Below, one piece after another: positions 55,735-64,000 of a DNA stretch of 64,000 bases. The stretch spans positions 702,216 to 766,215 of the forward strand of contig DAITMO010000001.1 of NCBI GenBank assembly GCA_036835125.1, in the 5' to 3' direction. The DNA is from Patescibacteria group bacterium. GTDB lineage: Bacteria; Patescibacteriota; Microgenomatia; UBA8517. The translations under genes and the position numbers were made by a program. Under the pieces are notes generated by a model that made no database searches, had not been told where the DNA came from, and was given only the letters and a program-made list of their open reading frames with translations. Within the stretch, counting starts at the first letter, position 1, and every line of letters begins with the position of its first letter.

Positions 55735-57558
55735 ATGGCCAATGAAAAAAAATTCAATGGACAAAAAGGGTTTGTAGGACTTGCAAGCCTAATTGGTGTC
55801 ACATTTCTTCTAATTGCCACTGTAGTTGGAGTTAATGTTGTAACCAATAGGGGTTTGAGTTTAAGTATTTTAGAACAGGCTGAAGATGTATATTTAACAG
55901 ACTCCTCTTCTCCCAGTCCAACTCCTGCACTTAAAGTATGTGTAACTAGAGTGTGTCAAGAAAGTTCATGTATTGGTAGTACTTCAATGGTTCCTAACTC
56001 TGAAGCGTGTCCTTTTTCAAATTGTACAAGTAATAGTGATTGTAGAATAACTCCAACTCCAAAACCAACATCAAGCCCAACTGCAACTCCAATTACTTCT
56101 TGTCAGTGTGTAAATGGTAGGTATGAGGGTTCTTGTGGACATTCATCAGGATATCCTTGTGGAACAACAGTTAAAACATCAAGCCCAACTGCAACTCCAA
56201 TTACTTCTTGTCAGTGTGTAAATGGTAGATGGAACAGTGCCTGTGGGCATTCAACTGCTGGTACTTCTTGTGGAACAGGAACTACAACAGAGAATAAAAC
56301 TACAACAGAAGGGTGTTCGTGTGTTAATGGTAGGTATACAGGAACTGTGGCAACGTGTGGACATTCATTGGGGTATCCTTGTGCAAACATGGGTAAAATA
56401 TGTGATTCTGTATCTTGTAACAACAGTTGTGGATCAGGATTTGTTGGTACATGTTCAGGTGGAGATTGTACATGTACTGCATCATCAACAACATCAATAT
56501 ACAATACTCCAAATTGTGCATTTCCAGGTTCATGTCCTGGAAAACCATCAGAAGAATACATTGCAGGTACAACTGCATGTCAAAACAATCCAAACAGCAA
56601 TGAATGTAAAGAGTGGAACAAAAAACTAACAACTGAGGCTGCAATTGTTGGAGCTACATTACTAACTCCATATCTAATTCCTGAAATTGGGACTGCTGCA
56701 TTTGCATATGGAAGCGCAGGTCTCACCACAGCTTTAGCAAGCTCTCCATTATGGCTACAAAACATGTTAAAAACAATTCAGCCATTTATAGAACCTGTTA
56801 TTAATACTTCTGTTGTGGGTAGTGCAGTTTCGGCTTGCAGTAAAGATCCTTCTTCTTTAGCCTGTGCTTCTGCACTAGCAGGAACAGATCTTGCTTTGAG
56901 TAATTATTACAGTGGGTTGTCAACAAAAAATTATGTGCCAAAAAATACAAATAATACAAAGAATTACACTACTGTTTATCGAGGAGTTAAAACTGCAAAC
57001 CAGGAGTCAGCTTACAACCAAGTATCCAACATGTTAAGATCAACACCTGATAATAATCTAGGAGTATTGGCTCCAGAAAACTCCAATCTTGCAATCCAAT
57101 CTAATGAAAAGTTGCAACAAGCCGTAATAAATCTTGGAGAGAATCCAACAAAGGCAAACTTCCAGGAAGTAATTAATAATGCAGTATCTCCAATTCAAAA
57201 GCAGGAACTCGAGTTAACTCTACGTAGTATTGAAAATTATCAAAGCAGGCTTGGAGTGGATTTTGACACAGCATTAATGAGAACACACGTCGATACGATC
57301 AATGGTGCACTTAATACTTCTCCATATGTCTCTGTATCAACAAGTTTAAAAGAAGCATTTGGTTATTCTTCTAATGGAAGTGGTGGCATAGTTGTAGCGA
57401 ACGTCCCAAACTCCAGAATTACACCAGTTTTTCCCTCAATGCCTGAGGTCGCCGTGCAAGGATTGATATTACCAGAAGAAGTAGTTGGTTTCATTTCCAC
57501 ATCAAATATGTCTTTTGAACAAATACAAAACGCCATCAATCTACTTATTTTGCAATAG
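55735..57558 (+). CDS. Secreted Cys-rich repeat protein
   Basis: 607 aa; signal anchor; three repeats of TSSPTATPITSCQCVNGR[YW]..[SA]CGHS...CG; Cys-rich tail then Ala/Ser-rich C-half. Confidence 0.5.
   Translation: MANEKKFNGQKGFVGLASLIGVTFLLIATVVGVNVVTNRGLSLSILEQAEDVYLTDSSSPSPTPALKVCVTRVCQESSCIGSTSMVPNSEACPFSNCTSNSDCRITPTPKPTSSPTATPITSCQCVNGRYEGSCGHSSGYPCGTTVKTSSPTATPITSCQCVNGRWNSACGHSTAGTSCGTGTTTENKTTTEGCSCVNGRYTGTVATCGHSLGYPCANMGKICDSVSCNNSCGSGFVGTCSGGDCTCTASSTTSIYNTPNCAFPGSCPGKPSEEYIAGTTACQNNPNSNECKEWNKKLTTEAAIVGATLLTPYLIPEIGTAAFAYGSAGLTTALASSPLWLQNMLKTIQPFIEPVINTSVVGSAVSACSKDPSSLACASALAGTDLALSNYYSGLSTKNYVPKNTNNTKNYTTVYRGVKTANQESAYNQVSNMLRSTPDNNLGVLAPENSNLAIQSNEKLQQAVINLGENPTKANFQEVINNAVSPIQKQELELTLRSIENYQSRLGVDFDTALMRTHVDTINGALNTSPYVSVSTSLKEAFGYSSNGSGGIVVANVPNSRITPVFPSMPEVAVQGLILPEEVVGFISTSNMSFEQIQNAINLLILQ
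56068..56228 (+). repeat. Two perfect 53-nt direct repeats 108 nt apart inside the Cys-rich protein gene
   Basis: acatcaagcccaactgcaactccaattacttcttgtcagtgtgtaaatggtag at 56068-56120 and 56176-56228 (in-frame 36-codon period). Confidence 0.8.
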
Positions 57559-57637
57559 ATTTTTTTGTTTATAGAAGTTGGTACCAATACAATCTAGACC
57601 AGTAACCTTCACAAAATAAACATAAAATTAAGAAGTA

Positions 57638-58390
57638 TTACCACAATTTATATGAAACTGTTACGGATTTAGTGATTTCAAATACCCCATTTGTGGCAGC
57701 TAAATCATTTTTAATACTTGTTGTTGTATCAGCTTTTGAGGTTGTGGTTGAGGTTGTATCACTTGTTGATTCATACATTGCAGTTGCTTTTCTAATTAGC
57801 TTCAAGTTCTTTAAAGCAATTTTTGAAACTTGTGACTTTGCATCTTTCAAAGCCATATTGGAAGCTTCAGATTCTATTTGATTTTGATTCTCAACATTCA
57901 AAACAGGTTGTGCAACTAAAGAAGCTCCAGCAGCATAGAGACTGGCAACCAAATCCCCAACCGTTGAAACATGAACTGTCTTTGATGTAATTTGAACAGC
58001 TGCCTGATATCCTGTGGCACCAGTTGTAACAAGAGCTGCCGGATATGATGTTATTTGAGAAATTGAAATATCTGACTCTGCTATTCCACTTGCTACAAGA
58101 ATAGATTTGATACCTTCAACTCTTGTTCTTACTCCCAATAGTGCATTTTGGGCTGTGTCTGAATTAACAGAAACTGTGGTTGTAACTGTAGCACTTGTTG
58201 CAGGAACAGATGCTTTCCCGGTTCCTGTAACTGTTACAACCATTGGAGAGGAAATATACTGCCAAAGAATAAGGACTGAAGCAACAACCCCCAAAAGCAT
58301 CAAAAATCTTTTCCAAGTAAACTTTCCTATACAACACATTTTACCTTGAGGCTCGGGAACTTCAACTTTTTGAGTAAATGTAGGCTCCAT
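57638..58390 (-). CDS. SIMPL-domain (DUF541) protein, membrane anchored
   Basis: 250 aa; N-terminal TM then alternating beta/alpha pattern resembling SIMPL/26 kDa periplasmic protein family; moderate confidence. Confidence 0.5.
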   Translation of the reverse strand: MEPTFTQKVEVPEPQGKMCCIGKFTWKRFLMLLGVVASVLILWQYISSPMVVTVTGTGKASVPATSATVTTTVSVNSDTAQNALLGVRTRVEGIKSILVASGIAESDISISQITSYPAALVTTGATGYQAAVQITSKTVHVSTVGDLVASLYAAGASLVAQPVLNVENQNQIESEASNMALKDAKSQVSKIALKNLKLIRKATAMYESTSDTTSTTTSKADTTTSIKNDLAATNGVFEITKSVTVSYKLW

Positions 58391-58445
58391 ACTTTTAATA
58401 TGAAGATTTTCTAAATGATTGTCAATGAGAAGACCTTTTAAAAGT

Positions 58446-59804
58446 TTATGCAGTTTTTAGAGAATCCAAAAACTCATCATTTGTTTCATACTTAAGAAGC
58501 TTGTCTGTTAAAGTTAAGGTCTTTTCGTCATCATTCATTAAGTCAATCATTCGCCTTAGAGTATTAACTTTCCTTAATTTCTCCATTCCAAAAAGAAGCT
58601 CATCTTGTCTTGTTCCACTTCTTCCAACATCAATTGCCGGGAATATTCTTCTCTCTGCAAGCTTTCTGTCCAAGTGAAGTTCCATATTTCCAGTTCCTTT
58701 AAACTCTTCATAGATAAGATCATCCATCCTGCTTCCCGTATCTACAAGACATGTTCCTATGATAGTCAAACTCCCACCATTCTCAATATTCCTTGCTGCC
58801 CCAAAAAACTTCTTTGCTGGGAAAAGGGCCATTGGATCAAATCCTCCTGATAGTGTTCGACCGCTTGTTGGAAGAGCTAAGTTATAAGCTCTTGCCATTC
58901 TGGTGATTGAGTCCAAAACAATTACAACATGATGTCCCATTTCAACCAATCTCCTTGCTTTCTCAAGAGCCAACTCTCCAACTCTAGTTTGATCACTTGG
59001 TGCTTCATCAAAGTTACTTGCTGCAACTTCTCCCTTTCCTCCTGTAACAGTTTCCATTGTTCTTATTATGTCAGTAACTTCTTCAGGTCTCTCACCAATA
59101 AGAACTGCCATTATATGAACTGGCCGTTCTTTACCATTTACTTCGCGGATTTTCCCCTCTTCAGGAAAGTTCCCAGCAATCCCTTTAATAATATCTTTTA
59201 CAAGCCAAGTTTTCCCTGCTTTTGGTGGAGAAACTATTAAAGCACGCTGTCCAAAACCAATTGGAGCTACTAAATCTATCATTCTGGTAGTTAATGTATC
59301 TTTATCGGTCGAAAGTATAATTTGTGCATCAGGATACACGGCTGTCATATCATCAAAGTTTGGTCTTGGGCCTACTTTATCAACATCCATGCCATTAACT
59401 TTCTCAACCTTCAAAAGACCCCAATATCTTTCATTCTCTTTTGGACGTCTTGCCTGTCCTGTTATTGTGTCCCCAACCCGGAGATTAAATCGTCTTATCT
59501 GGGATGCTGAAATATAGATATCGTGATCGCTTGGACCAAACCTTTCTGGTCTTAAAAGACCACTACCCTCATTTGCAATATCCAAAACTCCTGTGACACT
59601 TTCAGTTGGAAGCCCTGCATCAGGAATAAGTCTGTCATCAACTACAAGAGGTTTGTCGGTAACTGGAGCCATAGCTACACCACTAGACTCATCCCCAACA
59701 CTTTCTGCCACAGCAGAAATCTCCTCTTTGTCTTGAGGAGCACCAACAAAAGACTTTATGTCTTCATTATCTTCTTTAATTTTACTCACAGTTTTCTTTA
59801 ACAT
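58446..59804 (-). CDS. rho: Transcription termination factor Rho
   Basis: 452 aa; N-terminal extension, cold-shock-like RNA-binding domain (FGPSDHDIYISASQIRRFNLRVGDTITGQ), Walker A PPKAGKT, Q and R loops. Confidence 0.9.
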   Translation of the reverse strand: MLKKTVSKIKEDNEDIKSFVGAPQDKEEISAVAESVGDESSGVAMAPVTDKPLVVDDRLIPDAGLPTESVTGVLDIANEGSGLLRPERFGPSDHDIYISASQIRRFNLRVGDTITGQARRPKENERYWGLLKVEKVNGMDVDKVGPRPNFDDMTAVYPDAQIILSTDKDTLTTRMIDLVAPIGFGQRALIVSPPKAGKTWLVKDIIKGIAGNFPEEGKIREVNGKERPVHIMAVLIGERPEEVTDIIRTMETVTGGKGEVAASNFDEAPSDQTRVGELALEKARRLVEMGHHVVIVLDSITRMARAYNLALPTSGRTLSGGFDPMALFPAKKFFGAARNIENGGSLTIIGTCLVDTGSRMDDLIYEEFKGTGNMELHLDRKLAERRIFPAIDVGRSGTRQDELLFGMEKLRKVNTLRRMIDLMNDDEKTLTLTDKLLKYETNDEFLDSLKTA

Positions 59805-60069
59805 TTATTTAATTTAACAAATTGAATTTAGAATTATGAATTACGGGACTCGGGCAAACTCGAAGTTAACAAGTATTAGTATAGCCTACTTACTATGGAT
59901 GTCAAGTTCTATGTTGTTTATTGCCGTGCGGTAAAGATTGTACTAATTTTTTAGATTGGTATTTTCTCTACCGCACAGGCAAATCTTCATGACGAAAACA
60001 GGTTTTTATTTTTGTAGTGGCAAGCCAATACTTTTTATTATCTGTTTTGCCAGAAGTGTTCGAACAAAA

Positions 60070-60795
60070 TTACAGAGGTTTGGATGAAATGCAGCCGAAA
60101 TGTTTGGCGGTTAACCAAAGTGCGGAATTGACCAAGGCATCGGGCCCAGGAGGAAAATCCCCAAGGGGGTAAACGCCACCGGGCAAAACCCGATCGTGTG
60201 TACCATCTGCGGTTGGATCAACTTTGCGTTTGAAAATTGCCACATACACTTCATTGCAGGTCTCGACCCAGGCGCGATTGGGATTATGAATTCCAACAAG
60301 TGTGATAGAACTTTCTTCTACTTCAATGCCAGAATCTGCCAATACGCCGTTAAGGGCTGTTTCAGCCGGGTTTGCACCCACTGATTTTGCCCATTTGCCT
60401 GTCACTCCAATGACGATCATGCTTTTGATGCCCGATCTATGATCGTACATAAAAGGACGTACTTCTTCCACAGAGTGAACCAGCAAGGTGCCATCATTGC
60501 TTTGTTCCAAAACAACTGCCATGGCGTTGGGTGTGGCATGACCCCAAGGATCATTAACATCCATCCGTCCATCGGTACGTTCCATCTGATCGAAGTCAAA
60601 TCCGACAATCTCACCGGATTCATTAACATCAACCTGGGCTACATGCCGCGTTGCGGAAAACGGACTTACGAACCCAGCAACCTGGCCGTCCGGTGAATTA
60701 AACGGATGATGTCCGTTCATTTCCAATTGGTCACGCTTGGCGTCCAGTAACGATTGTGGTACTTGATAAAACGGGACAATTTTTTTTAGGTTCAT
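60070..60795 (-). CDS. Hypothetical protein in a compositionally atypical (about 50% GC) segment
   Basis: 241-aa ORF with clearly higher GC and different codon usage from all neighbours; no recognised catalytic motif. Confidence 0.5.
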   Translation of the reverse strand: MNLKKIVPFYQVPQSLLDAKRDQLEMNGHHPFNSPDGQVAGFVSPFSATRHVAQVDVNESGEIVGFDFDQMERTDGRMDVNDPWGHATPNAMAVVLEQSNDGTLLVHSVEEVRPFMYDHRSGIKSMIVIGVTGKWAKSVGANPAETALNGVLADSGIEVEESSITLVGIHNPNRAWVETCNEVYVAIFKRKVDPTADGTHDRVLPGGVYPLGDFPPGPDALVNSALWLTAKHFGCISSKPL

Positions 60796-60963
60796 TCTGC
60801 ACCTCCATGCAGTGTTTCAAAATAAATTAAATTTTTTGTTTTAATCAAACAGTGTTTGTTCGAACACCTCTAAAATGAATTTAGGGTGTATTTTAAAGAA
60901 AGATTTAAAAGAACTAGCTAACAGAAACGGAATGTTACCATCTTTGAGGCTAAATGTCAAGAA

Positions 60964-63777
60964 TTATGGGGTATTTTTATTCTTTTTCAACACCAGAATT
61001 AGAAGTGTTGTAGTACCCAAAACCATCCCTCCCCACTCCAGAACTTGAGGCCAAAACAAAATATAATAGGTTCCTCTCCCTGGAATAAACCACCCATTTG
61101 CCCATGAGTTTACTTTTATGTGCTTTAGAGTCTTAATATTAATAATGTCTTTTGTCTCAAATGCTATCCAGCCTTTCTCATAGCCCTGTCCTAAACTCAT
61201 TAGACCCTCTCCTTTAACCTCTACTCTATATCCCCACGTTCCATATTTTTTAACATCAAGAATTTGAATGTTGTTTAAAACACTCTTTACTACATCAGTC
61301 GATTGCCTATTTGAGCTACTTTTGTAAGTTGACAAAAGTCCATAATCAACTGGATAAAATTCAACTTTTGAAATTAGATTTTCGGAAGCAATTCTTCCAT
61401 AAGAACGAGTTTCAAAATCAAGTGTATAGCCTTCTTCATTTAATATGGTTGGATAAATAAAATATGTTTTGTCAAATTTTCCTTCAGGTAACAATTCCTC
61501 CAAATCTGTTCTATACGTATTGTGGTTGATCAGATATATTTTCAAGCTCCTTCCTTCTAAATTTTCCCCCGTTATATGTAGGACATATCCTTGTGAATAC
61601 TTCAAATCAGGAAAATTAATGTAGTCACAGGACACTCCACCATCTTCAGCACGATACATTATTCCTTCTGAAATAAAATCTCTAAAAACTTTTCCCTTCC
61701 CTTTCAGATCACAGTTTTTAGCCTCAGAAAATCCACTTCTTACACCCAAGTCGACTTTAATACCTTTTGATGTATTTAGATCTACTTCATCATTTGTTTT
61801 TACATTTTCAAACCTTAACCCATTTTCAGTAACTGAAATTTTTACATTTCCCCTTTCATCGAGGTTAACAAATGGAAAGCTTAAATCCCCCACCTCAACA
61901 TAGTCACCATATGTAGCAAAGATAGGATCAACTTTTGCATATGTCATGTCTGAATTAATCTTTGAATAATTACTTGGGACAAAAATAAATTTATCTCCAA
62001 TATCAACATTTGTCTCATAAATGGTAATAAAACCAAATTTTGCAGACTCATGAATAAATCCAGAAGATAAATCAACCATTTCCTTTAATTGTTTGTTATA
62101 TAGAATTCGAGCATTTCCTCCAGCATTAATTACTGATTCATCTAATAGTAAATATTTGACTTGGTATTTCTTTAAAACATTGTAGAAGGCCTCACTATTA
62201 CCTGAATATAACGCATTTGAGGCTTCAAAATAAAAATCCTCATTGTAAAGACCCCAACGATCAAACTCACGATCCAGTGTTGGTTGAGCAATTCCAAACC
62301 AAGTAAACCCAGCTCCCTGGTATTCCCAATCATAGTAAACCCAGTTCCAAAAAGACTGTATTGGGAACTTTGCAACCCTTGCATTTGGATCTTGTTTTTT
62401 AAACCATTCAAAAGTCTGAAAATACTCATTTGGAATTTTAACTTTCATAAATGAATCTACAAAGTTACCTTTAAATGCTGGCAGCATGTAATAGACTAGG
62501 GATAAGGTAAAGAGAATAACAAAAATAAATTGAAGTTTAATCTTGGCAAAAATTCTTAATATAAACTGAGCTGAAAATGAAAGAAATATAGAAAGACAAA
62601 AAATTAAGATGATAGAAAACTTGGTAAATGGGAATCTTAAGGCTTCTGCAAAAAGAGGAATATTTTGTCTCAAGTAGGCAAAAATGCCCGTAAAAGGAGG
62701 GTTTTCGTTAATCCAAAAAATTCCACAAACAAAAACTAATGGAAGAAGAGATATTGCGTATTTCGATTTCCGGATTAAGGCGACTGCAACACCAATAATT
62801 GCCAGTCCCATCAAAACATATCCCATCACAACTATATGGGATTGGTTCAGGTGAGAAATCCAAGGACTTAGTTGATCCTCAAAAGACCCCTTTGTAAAAT
62901 CAAATTCCCTCCAGTTAAATGGAAAGTTTTTTAATAAAGCTAGATTCTTAGTGTCTCCAAAAGCTCTACTTTGTAAAAATGCTTCTGTAGAAAATGTCCT
63001 ACTTACCTGCGAATTTGATACAGTTGAGGACTCACTCATTACATAATAAATATTTGGAGCAAGCCAAAATAGATTAAGAATAACTGTCAAAATAATCAAA
63101 AGCATTCCCCTCTTTGTCTTCCCCTTGTTCCTATTCAAAAGAATTGTTGTAACAATAAACAGAGAAAAGAGTCCAAAGTAAACATAAAAAAGAGTGGCAG
63201 TATGAGCAATTGATGAAGAAAAAATAGTAATAATGCTAAACCAGAGGATATTTTTCTTCTTCCCCTCCCGTAAATATTTTATTCCCATCAAGAATATCCA
63301 AGGAAGTGTCGCGTAATGCACTGTAAACATTTCTAATGGGTTATAGAACTGTTGGAGAGTAACAAGGTTCAATATATAAAAGGTGGATGCTAAAAATGCA
63401 GCAGGTTTAGTTGATTTGTTTAAAGAAATTGAAAGGATGTAATTGGTAAGAAAATATATCCCCAAGCCCCCAACTCCCAGCAATAAAAACATAAAAACAT
63501 ACCTAACCATAGAAAGCGGAAGGATAAGAGATAGCAAATAAGGAAAAATGATTCTTGTTAGCTCCCCCGCGTGAGCTTGAGCAGCAACTGCCCCTACCCC
63601 CTGATGTTCCTGCCAAACACCCAATATACGATTCAAATAAAGATGAAAATTAAATTCAGGATGAAGTGTATCCCAACCTGATAGAAAAGTGCCAGGAACG
63701 TAATTTTTGAAAGCCAATAATACTACAAGAAGAACAATCAAAATGGGAAAAATGAGGTTTAGGCAGTGTTTTTTCAT
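60964..63777 (-). CDS. Large polytopic membrane protein, putative GT-C-type glycosyltransferase (YfhO/AftD-like)
   Basis: 937 aa; more than 12 TM helices in N-terminal 450 aa followed by about 480-aa soluble beta-rich domain and a final TM; family assignment tentative. Confidence 0.45.
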   Translation of the reverse strand: MKKHCLNLIFPILIVLLVVLLAFKNYVPGTFLSGWDTLHPEFNFHLYLNRILGVWQEHQGVGAVAAQAHAGELTRIIFPYLLSLILPLSMVRYVFMFLLLGVGGLGIYFLTNYILSISLNKSTKPAAFLASTFYILNLVTLQQFYNPLEMFTVHYATLPWIFLMGIKYLREGKKKNILWFSIITIFSSSIAHTATLFYVYFGLFSLFIVTTILLNRNKGKTKRGMLLIILTVILNLFWLAPNIYYVMSESSTVSNSQVSRTFSTEAFLQSRAFGDTKNLALLKNFPFNWREFDFTKGSFEDQLSPWISHLNQSHIVVMGYVLMGLAIIGVAVALIRKSKYAISLLPLVFVCGIFWINENPPFTGIFAYLRQNIPLFAEALRFPFTKFSIILIFCLSIFLSFSAQFILRIFAKIKLQFIFVILFTLSLVYYMLPAFKGNFVDSFMKVKIPNEYFQTFEWFKKQDPNARVAKFPIQSFWNWVYYDWEYQGAGFTWFGIAQPTLDREFDRWGLYNEDFYFEASNALYSGNSEAFYNVLKKYQVKYLLLDESVINAGGNARILYNKQLKEMVDLSSGFIHESAKFGFITIYETNVDIGDKFIFVPSNYSKINSDMTYAKVDPIFATYGDYVEVGDLSFPFVNLDERGNVKISVTENGLRFENVKTNDEVDLNTSKGIKVDLGVRSGFSEAKNCDLKGKGKVFRDFISEGIMYRAEDGGVSCDYINFPDLKYSQGYVLHITGENLEGRSLKIYLINHNTYRTDLEELLPEGKFDKTYFIYPTILNEEGYTLDFETRSYGRIASENLISKVEFYPVDYGLLSTYKSSSNRQSTDVVKSVLNNIQILDVKKYGTWGYRVEVKGEGLMSLGQGYEKGWIAFETKDIINIKTLKHIKVNSWANGWFIPGRGTYYILFWPQVLEWGGMVLGTTTLLILVLKKNKNTP

Positions 63778-63864
63778 TTTTGTTCGGCTAAATTAATAAT
63801 AATCGATATTCTTAACTTAGTCGAACGGCCCTGCACAATCTCTTTTTTTAAACATACCTTTTTA

Positions 63865-64000
63865 GGGGTAGAGAGAAAGTGCAGAGCCAGAATCGAGGCG
63901 AAAATTACTTAACTTGTGCCCAAGTTGACAGGTCACTTGATTGAACAGCGAAACGCTGTTCAAAATGAGTGTCCACGTCAAAAAGGACAACTGTCACATG
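63865..64000 (+). ncRNA. Candidate structured ncRNA, truncated by window end (tmRNA- or RNase-P-like features)
   Basis: ORF-free, GC elevated relative to flanks; starts GGGGTAG...GAATCGAGGCG (reminiscent of the tmRNA 5' GGGG...GGAUUCGAC); 8-bp hairpin GAACAGCG-AAA-CGCTGTTC at about 63951-63969; long-range helix GGCCCTGCAC/GTGCAGAGCC; highly uncertain. Confidence 0.2.

Noticed and set aside
59805-60860. Treating the 50% GC segment as certain contamination
   Set aside because: Flanking low-GC genes continue on both sides within the same contig and intergenic spacing looks normal; this cannot be decided without read-level data, so it is reported as a finding rather than dismissed

Overview
This window is AT-rich (roughly one third GC by eye), gene-dense bacterial DNA with the hallmarks of a Candidate Phyla Radiation (Patescibacteria-like) genome. 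Housekeeping genes include rplJ (3' end), rplL, mreB, ndk, argS, leuS, rho, the competence genes comEA and a split comEC, an archaeal-type lower mevalonate pathway (MVD and IPK) next to uppS, and tRNA-Arg(CCT), tRNA-Pro(CGG) and tRNA-Ala(CGC). Positions 973-5090 hold a RimK-type amidoligase cluster: three ATP-grasp ligases (one fused to a retropepsin-like DTGA protease) and a polytopic membrane protein. The main feature is a roughly 28 kb cell-surface island on the + strand (about 26.5-54.3 kb). It contains a cluster of signal-peptide proteins with C-terminal membrane anchors that look WxL/DUF916-like. It also contains two giant membrane-anchored proteins of 3232 aa and 2318 aa. The larger has a cytoplasmic N-terminus made of two tandem tyrosine-recombinase core-binding (SAM-like) domains with no catalytic domain. 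Both giants carry glycine-rich (GGN)n blocks and shared modules; the first also has tail-fibre-like 'GIGTxxP' repeats, and the second has four LamG/ConA-like lectin domains and FN3-like modules with near-identical 109-nt internal repeats. The island ends with a Wzy_C (O-antigen-ligase-like) plus TPR membrane protein, a plausible O-oligosaccharyltransferase for these Ser/Thr-rich surface proteins, immediately followed by tRNA-Ala. Other points: a compositional outlier gene of about 50% GC at 60070-60795, a GC-elevated ORF-free segment at the 3' window edge that may be a structured RNA, and several in-frame repeat and homopolymer sites that could drive surface variation.
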